Virus record (IMG/VR): IMGVR_UViG_3300020183_000010
Source: a virus
Reading direction: 5' to 3' (one strand)
DNA: 64,000 bases
Position numbers and translations under genes: made by a program
The notes under the pieces: generated by a model
What the model saw: the letters and a program-made list of their open reading frames with translations, nothing else
Told to the model about the DNA's origin: nothing
Databases searched by the model: none
In this document: in pieces, positions 9,901 to 20,000 of the stretch
How positions within the stretch are numbered: the stretch's first letter is position 1
Layout of the letters: the number at the start of each line of letters is the position of its first letter

Positions 9901-10699
9901 TTTTATAGCTAAAATATCCACTTCCGTTAGTAATCTCTATAGTTCTAAAAAAGTTAGCCCCTGTTGCCGGAGATATAACGTCCCCTATAACGGTCATTGT
10001 GGAATCGTCTGTTATATTAGATATCTCATAGTAACTTGGTGTGGTGTCTATATAAATAATGTCTCCCACAGATAGATCGGTAAATTTTGTGTCTGTACCG
10101 TTTACCGTACCATCAAAAAGAAGATCTACTGTTCCGTTTATTCTTAAGCTGTTTTCTAGAGTGCATGTGTATAATCTATATCTCTTAAAAAGAATATTTC
10201 TATGGTCGTAATCTGTTCTATTGTTCCATTCATCTATTCTTTCCTTTATCCTTCCGTAAGCATCCCCGCCTGTTACCTCGGTAGTAGAATATGTCCAGTC
10301 GTATTTTATTTTATCGCTGGGATAATCTGGTTGATAAGCATCTTCACTTATTGTATTAGAGCTAGTTGCAAAAACCATTATAGGTTCAACTGAAGAATCT
10401 TTATAGTTACTACCTGTTATAGGATTATTGTCATAATCAAAATCTGGTTGATCGTAACAGGTCTTAAAATCTGTTATTAGATAATAGGATCCCTCTATTA
10501 AAGAGTTTGATCCTATATCAGAAACTAATTCTGCATAAGTAACATTGGTAACTCCAGCACCTGCTGGACCAGTGGGGCCAACAGCATAATCAGGACCTAT
10601 AAAATCCCAAGCATATCCATTCCATTCCCATTTTTTTCCGTTGGGAGCTGTGTATATTTCACCTATATATGAAGGTATCGGCCAATTTATCTGAGACAT
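6941..10699 (-). CDS. Tail fibre/spike-like protein with Asn-rich beta-helix repeats
   Basis: N-terminal INWP...YTAPNGKKWEWNG fibre motif, short GPTGPAG, dozens of NxIGxxF repeats, an inserted TNGGSGYS module; GATATATA upstream. Confidence 0.7.
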   Translation of the reverse strand: MSQINWPIPSYIGEIYTAPNGKKWEWNGYAWDFIGPDYAVGPTGPAGAGVTNVTYAELVSDIGSNSLIEGSYYLITDFKTCYDQPDFDYDNNPITGSNYKDSSVEPIMVFATSSNTISEDAYQPDYPSDKIKYDWTYSTTEVTGGDAYGRIKERIDEWNNRTDYDHRNILFKRYRLYTCTLENSLRINGTVDLLFDGTVNGTDTKFTDLSVGDIIYIDTTPSYYEISNITDDSTMTVIGDVISPATGANFFRTIEITNGSGYFSYKRTNVKTDDYQEYTTFGDALLSNYAVNNYVGDYVNDYSNQGFTFMLSNNVFLEGEYQNNKLGNFCYNNTFGTDNSNNTFGNFCYENASSNDMDENFIGDYFTRNIINTNLQNNNIGNGFDSNSLLSENGNSFSDNRIENSFNSNTIYMNFYQNAIGDYFKGNFIGDYSNIDNSFSFFNNTINNSLQKTIIRRDFYENQIANNFVGCLINGDFYQNTIGYSFSYNIISYNFYGNDISGHFSKNYTYDNFYYNNIGTDFSGNITANNFFNNQIGSGFNANQPYNYQYFSFNDLSTLLDRSYDTMYNSISSESLILEMPLIMRFQGSPEMFFRITFLQWTPAGTGGGAFSYRRTEIDSAGNDIGPDIYFTRTNYGNEVDIIIPGILEISRDNSGGIYNSAVEGSWSSTSPANTEWNSIYTTGNHGQNFGYNKIGNNFDSNVIGDNFGADGKILLGNVIGDEFYSNTIINNFWSNSIGNGMDKNIIDVGFASNYIKNDFKLNILGPYFQSNDIGNFFGNGSIPNIIGGSFKNNKIGDFFGCDLGKSKGGNNIGVENTIYYNTLRGIPSGISLTNGGSGYSDTTNVATVGGSGSGLTVDIVTDGFGLITSISINTPGTYYSVGDSIIISGGGNDATFDISTINSFNPGDVLDNGLGDTCEVLVDDPGSSSMTVNVLIGSFTFGDTLDNGNGVDAIFDYIDTLPAKESNFLNNVIGDYFINNQIGLNFNNNKIGNYFGNTGADGISNIILDDFRGNVIGNYFGIDAETPSLAEGGNIIRSNFVENYIGDSFTYNTTVDTSGGGYYNNAIGWAFNNNIIADGFNYNRIGDLFQYNVLSSYFSSNNIGFFFNVNIVGDNSSSNTIGDLSWFNEIGVNFNHNKCGNFFGDFFFGGNTIADGAYDNKFSDHASGNVIDTGFNNNNLSVDFSGNTIGPDFQYNTSQYPVLGVDFVNLSPYPTHVYKPYTCTIIGDENGNLKLMFVDSAPSIQIVDPLQ

Positions 10700-10717
10700 C
10701 TATAATACTTATATGTA

Positions 10718-11212
10718 CTATATATCCTCGACCTCTGATCTTAATATAGACATTATAATGGAATCTACATATCCATCTTTTTTTAGTATTTCCTCTCTCT
10801 TTATACCTTCTATTTTAAATCCCAATTTTTTGTAAAGATTCAATGCAATCTGATTTGTAGAAAGAACCTCTAAGCTTATCTTATTTAAAAATCTTTCCCT
10901 AAATAAAATACCCATGAATTCTTTGTAAGCATTAGAAGCTAAACCATTTCCCTTAAATTCTGGATGTATATCTGCTCCTATATACAGATTTTTATTTTCT
11001 TCTGAATAGTTAGATATTCTAAAATATCCTATTTTTTGGTCGTTGTAAAATATTATATGATAGTCAGGAGAGTATTTTTTGAACCACTCGATAGTTTGTG
11101 AAATGCTGAATTGTCTGGAGTCGTGTAAAAATTCTTGTGCGTATTGATTTCTTATAGAATTTAAAAATTCCAGATCCTCTAATTGTATTTTTTTAAATCT
11201 ATACATTACCAC
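10718..11212 (-). CDS. GNAT N-acetyltransferase (PseH/RimJ-like)
   Basis: IHPEFKGNGLA, LEVLSTNQIALNLYKKLGFKIEG. Confidence 0.85.
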   Translation of the reverse strand: MVMYRFKKIQLEDLEFLNSIRNQYAQEFLHDSRQFSISQTIEWFKKYSPDYHIIFYNDQKIGYFRISNYSEENKNLYIGADIHPEFKGNGLASNAYKEFMGILFRERFLNKISLEVLSTNQIALNLYKKLGFKIEGIKREEILKKDGYVDSIIMSILRSEVEDI

Positions 11213-12357
11213 CCCTTCTTAATACAATCTACGATGTATTCTCTATCTTCCTGGTTTACCCACCACCCAACAGGAATAGAAACAACATTAGGTATAGTTC
11301 TGTCTAATGTTGGTAATGGCGATACGTGGTCTTTTACACAAGTGTGCTTATCATTTCTTTCGTGGACCTGGCTTACTGATATTCCCTTTTCTTTCATATA
11401 TTTCATGAAAGAATCTCTTTTCTCTACTAATATACTATAAATCCAGAAAGATGACTCGAATCCATCCTCTCTTACTAAAGGGGTTAAACCTTGTATATCA
11501 TTTAGATTGGAATCGTAGTAATTCCCATTTTCTTTGTGTGCACCTATTATTTTTTCTACATCTTTTAAATTTTCTATACCTACGGTAGCAGAGACGTCGT
11601 TCATATGAAATTTAAATCCCCATTCTTCCACGTCTGCTTCGCACCTGAAATCTTTTCGGTCGCCCTCTCTGTCTATTCCATACCACCTTAAGAGTTTACC
11701 CCTATTAAATAGATCCTTATTAGGTACCATTAAAACCCCTCCGTCAACCGATGTAATGTGTTTTATTGCTTGTAAGCTAAAAGTGCATATATTTCCATGA
11801 TTTCCTAATAATTCCCCCTTGTACTTTGTTCCAAACGAGTGTGCACAATCTTCTATTACTGCAGGACTAAATCCATACAGATCTTTACATTTAGCTTGTA
11901 TCTTTTTTATTCTATCTAGATCATTAGGATATCCTCCCCAATGGACAAGCATTATAACTTTAGTTCTGTGAGATATTTTTCTTTCAAGATCATCTAGATC
12001 CATGTTGAGTGTTCTACTATCTATATCAACCCATTTTATCTTCATCCCATTAGCTAAAATAGGCCAATTAGATGCTGTACACGTTAAAGAAGTGCAAAGA
12101 GCTTCGTCGCCATCCTGTATACCTGGCCAGCTATCTTTTTTCTTTTTTAACATATGAATAGCTAGATGCTCTGCTGATGTTGCAGAATTAAGCGTCATTA
12201 AATAATCCTGATTAAAATAATCTCTAAGATTACTTTCAAACTCTTCTACTTTAGGTCCTTGTCCTATGTAACCGCTGTTAAGAACCTTAGCAACCTCAGG
12301 TGCTGCATTAGGTGACATGTAAACTTTAAATAACGGTATATTCTTTACGTTTTTCAT
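11206..12357 (-). CDS. DegT/DnrJ/EryC1/StrS PLP-dependent nucleotide-sugar aminotransferase
   Basis: GPKVEEFE, NSATSA, VHWGG, IEDCAHSFG, FSLQAIKHITSVDGG (PLP lysine). Confidence 0.92.
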   Translation of the reverse strand: MKNVKNIPLFKVYMSPNAAPEVAKVLNSGYIGQGPKVEEFESNLRDYFNQDYLMTLNSATSAEHLAIHMLKKKKDSWPGIQDGDEALCTSLTCTASNWPILANGMKIKWVDIDSRTLNMDLDDLERKISHRTKVIMLVHWGGYPNDLDRIKKIQAKCKDLYGFSPAVIEDCAHSFGTKYKGELLGNHGNICTFSLQAIKHITSVDGGVLMVPNKDLFNRGKLLRWYGIDREGDRKDFRCEADVEEWGFKFHMNDVSATVGIENLKDVEKIIGAHKENGNYYDSNLNDIQGLTPLVREDGFESSFWIYSILVEKRDSFMKYMKEKGISVSQVHERNDKHTCVKDHVSPLPTLDRTIPNVVSIPVGWWVNQEDREYIVDCIKKGW

Positions 12358-15300
12358 TTTCTATAATTCTTTGCGTTGGTACTATTATTTCATCCTTATT
12401 ATCTGTAAATAGTTTTTCGTATCCGCCATCAGGATGTAGATGGTAAATAAAATAATAATCTCTTATATCAAAAACAGAAAATCCCATATTATGTATTACG
12501 TGAGTCTGATCTATCTGTCCGTTGCTTTCTTCATCTCTGTATTCTCCAAAGTTTTCCTCATTATGTGGTAACTTATTATATTTAGAAAAAACAGCTTCTA
12601 GAGCTAAAGAAGATGCAACACCTATACTGTTTCCTGCATGAACAGGAAATCCTTCTTTTTCGTCTCTTACTATTCCGCAAAGATATCCTGGATTATCTTT
12701 AGTGTTTAATATATGGATCATCTCCGAATCGAAATAATCAATATTAAATAAATAATCATCCTCTACAAAGAAATAGTAGTCAAATTCTTTTCTATATTTT
12801 TCGTAAACTGAAGAGAATGCACCATAACTCATTCCAATATTTTTTCTTAGCATTATTTCAGTGGTTGCATTTTGAATCCTGTCTGGAATAATCTCTTTTG
12901 CTTTTTTTATTAGTTCTATATAAGGTACCGTATTATCCATATTTATTGAGAAAATAATATGGTCGATGTTATGTTTATTTTTAGAAAGATATTCTATTTG
13001 TTTTTTAATAAAAAATAGTTTATCTCCTTTATATTCGTCCATCATAATTCTTCTCTCTCCGAAGTAGTTGTGTATCATCATACAGGATTTATATTTTTTA
13101 TTTTGTATAAATCCGATTCCCCCGAAGTTTGATTCTTCATCTATAAAATCGATCTTATTGCCTTTCATTTCATTCCATAGCTTGTCAACTCTACAGTTTG
13201 CGTTTCTGTGATATTCTGTGTCTTTAGTATCGTGAAATCCTATCCATCCTCCATCTTTTACAAATTCCTTATACATGTGGTAATCCTTCTTAACGCCTTC
13301 ATAGGTATGATCCCCGTCTATAAATAAAAAATCTAGAAGGTCCCCATCTAATATCGATTTAACATTTTCTTTTATGTTTTCATCATGAGAACTCCCGTGA
13401 ATTGTAGTAACATTATTTCCTAGGGATTTCAGGTAGAAATCTCTTTCGTTTACGTTATAAGTATTAACGCCATATGGTCCGTGTGGAAGATCAACAGATA
13501 TTCTTTTTCCATTCTCCGATAATTTACTCCAGATCGCAAATGTACCTCCTTGATCTGTTCCAATCTCCATAAAATTTTTGACTCCTAATGTTTTAAAGAA
13601 TTTAGCTGCTTCGTATATCTCTTTATGGTTTTGTACCATCCCTAGTGAGTATGATTCCCTAACAGCTGCATCAATATCGATGTTTTCATTATCCTTCTCT
13701 AGATATTCCTTAATTTTTTCTATAACATAGCTAGATGATATAGATTTAGTGCATTCAAATTGTCTATCCGTACCTTTTAGATCTGGACACCAATTCCAGT
13801 CACCGGCATCTAATCTTTCTCTATTAAAGCAACTGTTACATACATTTGAATTGAATATTCTAATTACGTTATCACCAGAAAATTCAGTGGTCGGATTGCT
13901 GAATCCTGATATAACAACAGTTGGTACATCCAATGACCACGAAAGCCAGCTTAAACCGGATCCTATACCTATGAACATCTCGCAGTTTTTTAAATAAGTT
14001 ATTGCCCTATCTAATGTTTTTTCTCCTTCCACGTATATTACACCTTCCGGATTTTTGTTCCCCATGTATCCATTTTCTTCTAAGCTAAGTAAAACTACTT
14101 TATTACCTGATTCATTAAGCCATTTAACAAGATCATTCCATCCTTCAGGATTATTCCAATATTTAGCTTGTGCTGTGGAGTGTACTGCTATACAAACATA
14201 TTTCTCTTCTATTGGTCTATCTGTTTCTTTAACTACTATATCAGCTCTTAGATCCGTATGAGGAAGTCCTAGTATATCAGTAGTTGTTGCCTGCATCGGA
14301 ATGTTTTTAAAATCCCTAGGATGACAGTCTTTATTAAATTCATTACCATTGTAAAACCATCCTATTCTATAAATAGCATACAGGTTATTTACTATTTGAC
14401 CAGGAGTAACGAATCTTATTTCTGGATAGTTTTTTTCGAATAGTTCATTTTTAAATGTGCTAACTATAACTTCACATCCATGTTTTTTTCTGAATTTTTC
14501 TATATGTGGAAACCAAGCAATAGAATCTCCTAGTGACGAGGACTCGAGAGATATTAATACTCTCTTCTCTTTTAGATCAATACTCTCCTCATACGTCTCC
14601 CCTGTTGATTTATCAATTATTTTTATTAGCCAATCCTTATAATATTTTATTGAGCACCTTGCCCATGTATTATTTTCTAACTCGCACGAATAATAAACAT
14701 TATTGTTAGATTTGTCTATAAATAAAACATCAAAGATTCTACCCTCAGCATTTTTTATTTCTATAAATGCACCGTCGATAAAATTAATATTAAAAGTAGG
14801 CCTGGCTGATTGTTTGTTAAGATTTAGAATAAGATCCTTATTTCTTATTATTATTGATGCCTTTTTAGTTTTTTTATCGTATTTAAATATCTGATTGTAT
14901 TTAGGGATCATTACTACAACCCCCCTATCCAGTTCAGAATCACTTATAGGATAAAAATTCATAGGATATGCTCCAACGGAGAAATCGAAAGATGAATCAC
15001 CTTTTATTATTTTTCCTTCCAAAGGCTCTTCGTTTCCTATAGCACATATATAATTTTTTCCGTCGTTAAGTTCTGTTCCTAAATACAGGTAGCTATTTTT
15101 TCCGTTCTTAGTTTTTATTTGTGGATAAGTTGGAAGTGTTATAGAGTTAAGTATATTCTTTTTAGAAATGTCGTGAGACATCCTCGTGTACATTTTTAAT
15201 CCTCCCTCATCAAAGCATTCATATAGGAAATCCTCCAATATAACAATACCTGGATATTTAAAATAGCTTTGTTTTGAATTTATTGGTTCGATTACTCTTA

Positions 15301-16999
15301 AGATGTCATCACTTAAACCAGAAAAGAATGCGGAGTTTATAGATTTTTCCTGATTCCATTTGTATGCAACTATTGAATTTTCGTTCAATAATTTTGAATG
15401 CTCTAAGAGTGTGTTTTCGTCGTCTATAACGTAATCATAGTTAACAAAATGTGTTTTATTAAATCCACACGATTTAGCTACTCTAGCACCATTTAAAATT
15501 AGTCTAAGAGCAGCGTATCCGTGATTAAAATCGAAAGAATAAGAAACCTCAAAATCAGGATATCTTAAATAGTGAACAGGAACTGTGTTCGATAAACTAC
15601 CATACTCTTCATGTGTAACTATAGGATTGTCGGTCTCGCATATAAAGTAATCGCATATTTTTAATATGTCTTCTGGTATTGAGATATGTGATGATATTAT
15701 TGTGAAATATCCCTGTCTTTTTAATGCTAATAAGCTTCTTTTTAGTGTTGATATCTTATCTGGTGTATCTGCGTGTGATAATATAACTGCTGCATCTTCC
15801 TTGTCATATTTTTCGAGTTGTAAATCACTAACACTTAATAAAGCTTTGTATCCTTGCTTTCCTATATTTTCCCATGAATAATTTTTTATTATTTCTTTAG
15901 CCTTTTCTTCTGCAGATATTTTTTTAGACTCGTAATTAAAATAACAATCCCTTAAAACTTCTATTAGATTGTCATAATCAGGTTCTGCATAAAGTCCTGG
16001 TGTACGTCCAGCAAATCCCAAGTCTGCTCCTATCGAAGCTGGTAATTCTTCCTTTATTCTAACTGGAGATCCTTTACCACTTGCAAACTCTAACTGAGCT
16101 CCCCAGTTAGAGTATATTGTAGGAGTACCCGCTGCCATTGTCTCTATTAGAGGTATGTTCCATCCTTCGCTTCTTGCGCAGGTAACAAGTACATTTCCTT
16201 TCTTTATATAAGAAATATACTCATCCCTAGATACAAAATGCTTTACCTTTATTCTTGGGTCATTAAATCCATAGAATGATAGTCTTTCTTCTGTGCTATT
16301 CATTCCGTCTACCGAATATGGGTTGTCTGCACTTAGTATAAGATCTATTGGTTCATTATTAGGAAAAGCTTTAATAAATGAATCTATTATTTCGGGGACA
16401 GATTTTCTATAATCCCATCTTCCAAAGAAAATAAATTTAAATCTATTGTTTCTATATTCTTCTGGTTCGTTTCTCTCTAATCCATCAAAGAATTCCTTAT
16501 TTACTCCTTCGTTTACTACAAATATCCTATGATTGGGATATCCTTGTTTCATTGCCATTTCTCTGTGCCATTCAGTAACGACCCATAGATAGTCAAATTT
16601 TAGTAACTGATTAAAGAAATTTTCAGGTAGCTCTGTACTTTCCCATACTGTATATGCTATCTTTATCTTTGAATTGTATTCTTCGTAAAAATAATGATGA
16701 TCCATATCCATTAGAACTATATCAACATCTGGGTTAAAATCGTTATTTATTTTTTTCCATTTGATGTTCGGAAATGAATGCGATATAGGATAATCTGAAG
16801 TTCCTCCGTCGGGATTAGTTAGAGTTATTTTGTCTATTATATTGGTATCCCTTTCGTCTAGATATTCTGGATTAGAATCCCACGTAAAATTCCGTACCCT
16901 TAAATCTACGTGATTTGAAAGTTCCCTAAAAAATTCTCTTGCGTGAGATGAGTATCCTGTTTTACCTAAATAACAAGTGTGTGCTCTTACTTTTAACAT
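12326..16999 (-). CDS. Multidomain glycosyltransferase: GT4-like, unknown GT-A-like, TibC/Aah-type heptosyltransferase, SAM methyltransferase, GT2-like
   Basis: GT4: GRWDYRKS, RSEGWNIPLIETMAAGTP. TibC-like: SSSLGDSIAWFP and CNSC...WNWCP...RQFEC. MTase: EIGTDQGG, FIDGDHTYEGVKKD, GGWIGFHD. C-terminal RKNIGMSYGA, FFVEDDY. Confidence 0.85.
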   Translation of the reverse strand: MLKVRAHTCYLGKTGYSSHAREFFRELSNHVDLRVRNFTWDSNPEYLDERDTNIIDKITLTNPDGGTSDYPISHSFPNIKWKKINNDFNPDVDIVLMDMDHHYFYEEYNSKIKIAYTVWESTELPENFFNQLLKFDYLWVVTEWHREMAMKQGYPNHRIFVVNEGVNKEFFDGLERNEPEEYRNNRFKFIFFGRWDYRKSVPEIIDSFIKAFPNNEPIDLILSADNPYSVDGMNSTEERLSFYGFNDPRIKVKHFVSRDEYISYIKKGNVLVTCARSEGWNIPLIETMAAGTPTIYSNWGAQLEFASGKGSPVRIKEELPASIGADLGFAGRTPGLYAEPDYDNLIEVLRDCYFNYESKKISAEEKAKEIIKNYSWENIGKQGYKALLSVSDLQLEKYDKEDAAVILSHADTPDKISTLKRSLLALKRQGYFTIISSHISIPEDILKICDYFICETDNPIVTHEEYGSLSNTVPVHYLRYPDFEVSYSFDFNHGYAALRLILNGARVAKSCGFNKTHFVNYDYVIDDENTLLEHSKLLNENSIVAYKWNQEKSINSAFFSGLSDDILRVIEPINSKQSYFKYPGIVILEDFLYECFDEGGLKMYTRMSHDISKKNILNSITLPTYPQIKTKNGKNSYLYLGTELNDGKNYICAIGNEEPLEGKIIKGDSSFDFSVGAYPMNFYPISDSELDRGVVVMIPKYNQIFKYDKKTKKASIIIRNKDLILNLNKQSARPTFNINFIDGAFIEIKNAEGRIFDVLFIDKSNNNVYYSCELENNTWARCSIKYYKDWLIKIIDKSTGETYEESIDLKEKRVLISLESSSLGDSIAWFPHIEKFRKKHGCEVIVSTFKNELFEKNYPEIRFVTPGQIVNNLYAIYRIGWFYNGNEFNKDCHPRDFKNIPMQATTTDILGLPHTDLRADIVVKETDRPIEEKYVCIAVHSTAQAKYWNNPEGWNDLVKWLNESGNKVVLLSLEENGYMGNKNPEGVIYVEGEKTLDRAITYLKNCEMFIGIGSGLSWLSWSLDVPTVVISGFSNPTTEFSGDNVIRIFNSNVCNSCFNRERLDAGDWNWCPDLKGTDRQFECTKSISSSYVIEKIKEYLEKDNENIDIDAAVRESYSLGMVQNHKEIYEAAKFFKTLGVKNFMEIGTDQGGTFAIWSKLSENGKRISVDLPHGPYGVNTYNVNERDFYLKSLGNNVTTIHGSSHDENIKENVKSILDGDLLDFLFIDGDHTYEGVKKDYHMYKEFVKDGGWIGFHDTKDTEYHRNANCRVDKLWNEMKGNKIDFIDEESNFGGIGFIQNKKYKSCMMIHNYFGERRIMMDEYKGDKLFFIKKQIEYLSKNKHNIDHIIFSINMDNTVPYIELIKKAKEIIPDRIQNATTEIMLRKNIGMSYGAFSSVYEKYRKEFDYYFFVEDDYLFNIDYFDSEMIHILNTKDNPGYLCGIVRDEKEGFPVHAGNSIGVASSLALEAVFSKYNKLPHNEENFGEYRDEESNGQIDQTHVIHNMGFSVFDIRDYYFIYHLHPDGGYEKLFTDNKDEIIVPTQRIIENEKRKEYTVI

Positions 17000-17027
17000 A
17001 AGGATAATAAGATTTCATTTATCTAAA

Positions 17028-17053
17028 TTATAGAATGAAATTTGATTATGTTT
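17028..17053 (-). promoter_or_regulatory. AAAC-N17-TATAA promoter motif (representative copy)
   Basis: Also at 29056-29081, 63098-63123, 40583-40608 (TAAC) and 63802-63827 (AAAT); spacer variants at 39346-39372 and 4144-4167. Confidence 0.65.
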
Positions 17054-17061
17054 CCCTATTT

Positions 17062-20000
17062 TTAATCAGGAACCCCGTTTGATAATGCTAAAAATTCAAG
17101 CTTACTTACCCAGTTTATATTAGTTGCAGCTACACCTGTTACTCTAAGCAATATATTAGCCCCACTTTGACCAAATGAAACTGTAGGAGTACCTGTCATA
17201 CCCTCTTGTGCAACCAAAGAAACTGTAACACCTTGCTGAGTAAGAGCCCCTGCGTTATTAGTAAAAACTGCTGATATTTCCCATCCCCCTCCAGTACTTG
17301 TTACTGAAGTAGGTGTTGCAACTACTATACCTTTAACGTAATAAGTGTATGCTGTATTTGTAGCTAGAGTTATAACTGTAGTAATTGTAGCATTAGTTGT
17401 TTGTGTTATTGTTGTCCCTCCTATAGTAGTATAAGTTCCATAGGTATTGTATCCAGTACCACCTATTACCAAAGCGCTATTTACTGAATCTACTTGGACA
17501 TATGATTCTCCTTGTATTAAACCAGAAGTACCAGTAGCAGTTAGTACGTAGTTATTTATGTTATTGTTAATAGATAATATTCCTGATGTTCCTGAAGATC
17601 CACTAGTTCCTGAAGTTCCATCCTTACCGTCATAAACCCATGATATTGTATATGTTTTACCCGAAGTAAGAGTACCATTAGCAACAACGTTAGTAACTCT
17701 TAAGTTATAATATGTTGTATTATTTACAGCAGATCCAGCTGAAAAGATACCTATAACATTATTACTTCCTAATTCTGTTATTTGTAAATAAACAACATTA
17801 CCGTTACTTATAATAGTTGATAATGCAGAAAGCCACGGTGCATAGTTAGTACCTGCATAGTCTGTTACGCTAATATTCATATTGGCGATAGCAGATATAG
17901 TGGAGCTTGCAGCGTTAAAGTCGTTTGCTGTAGGGTCACTAGGGTAAGCTGGTGAAGTTGTATAGAGCCATCTACCACTATTTGATCCGTCGTTTCCTGC
18001 AGTTCCACTAGTTCCAGAAGATCCAGATGTTCCAGAGCTTCCACTAGTTCCTGAAGTTCCCCTAGTTCCTGAAGATCCCGAGGTTCCCGAAGATCCACTG
18101 GTTCCTCTAGTTCCAGAAGATCCAGATGTTCCAGAGCTTCCACTAGTTCCTGATGATCCAGATGTTCCAGAGCTTCCCCTAGTTCCTGATGATCCAGATG
18201 TTCCAGAGCTTCCACTAGTTCCTGAAGTTCCCCTAGTTCCTGAAGTTCCAGAAGATCCACTAGTTCCTGAAGATCCACTAGTTCCAGAAGTACCATGTGT
18301 TCCTATTCCGCTAGTACCTGAAGTTCCCCCTGTTCCTTGATCCCCTGTTTTACTGAATACTAATACACAAGGCTCTGCATTAGAAGGTATAGTACCCGAT
18401 AGATACGTTACACCAAAAGTAAACCATCCAGTATTGTTAGTTACTGATGTTATTGCGAATGATGTAAATGTGGTATCTGTATTATTATTAGAATTAACTA
18501 GTAAATATCCTTTAATTGAATTAGTACCAGTTCCCCAACTTGTGAACGTTGCCGAGAAATCAACCGAGTTTATGTCTAATATGTCTATGTATATAGAAGT
18601 AATAGAACCAGGAGTTGCAGAATTGTATCTAAATAATCCAGTACCTGGATCTGCACTTAGAGTATTTGTGTCGAAATTATATCTTAATCCAGCACCATCT
18701 CCTTGTAATCCGCTGGTACCCGATGTTCCGTGAGTACCTATTCCGCTTGTTCCAGAAGATCCTGATGTCCCTCTAGTACCTGACGTACCTGATGTTCCAG
18801 AAGTACCAGCATCACCTTTATCACCAGTTCTATAGAATGTAATAACACATTCTTCTAAGTTTGTTGGAATTGTACCACTTATACCAATAACTGTAAGACT
18901 AAACCAACCAATATTTTGAACTAAAGATAATAATTGGAATTGATTGAATGTTGTATCAGAATTTAAATTTGATTTAATCTCAATAATACCCTTAACTGTA
19001 CTAGTACTATTATCCCAAGAACCAATTGATGTTACAAAACCTTGACCATTAACATCTGATGAACTAATAGCAATTGTTGCTGTAGTACCAACACTTGTTG
19101 TATCATATCTAAAATTACCTTGACCTGGATCAACAGAAACCCCTGTTGATGAATCAAAATTAAACCTAATACCTGCAGATTCTCCTTGTGCACCTCTAGT
19201 TCCACTTGTACCGGATGATCCCGAAGTTCCTCTTGTACCAGATGATCCAGATGTGCCGGATGATCCAGATGTACCTGAAGATCCACTAGTTCCTGATGTT
19301 CCACTGGTTCCTCTAGTTCCAGAAGATCCTGATGTTCCAGAAGATCCACTAGTTCCAGAAGATCCACTAGTTCCTGAAGATCCTGACGTTCCTGAGCTTC
19401 CACTAGTTCCAGAAGATCCTGATGTTCCAGAAGATCCTGATGTTCCACTAGTTCCTGACGTTCCACTAGTTCCTGAGGATCCACTAGTTCCAGAAGACCC
19501 TGACGTTCCACTAGTTCCAGAAGATCCACTAGTTCCAGAAGATCCACTAGTTCCTGATGTTCCATTTCCACTAGTTCCTGATGTTCCATTTCCACTAGTT
19601 CCTGATGTTCCAGAAGATCCACTAGTTCCTGATGTTCCAGAAGATCCTGATGTTCCAGAAGATCCACTAGTTCCAGAAGATCCACTAGTTCCTGATGTTC
19701 CATTTCCACTAGTTCCTGATGTTCCAGAAGATCCACTAGTTCCTGAAGATCCTGACGTTCCTGAGCTTCCACTAGTTCCAGAAGATCCTGATGTTCCACT
19801 AGTTCCTGAAGATCCACTAGTTCCAGAAGATCCACTAGTTCCCGAGGTTCCATTTCCGCTAGTTCCTGAAGATCCTGACGTTCCACTAGTTCCTGAAGAT
19901 CCACTAGTTCCTGAAGATCCTGACGTTCCACTAGTTCCTGAAGATCCTGACGTTCCACTAGTTCCAGAAGATCCACTAGTTCCAGAAGATCCACTAGTTC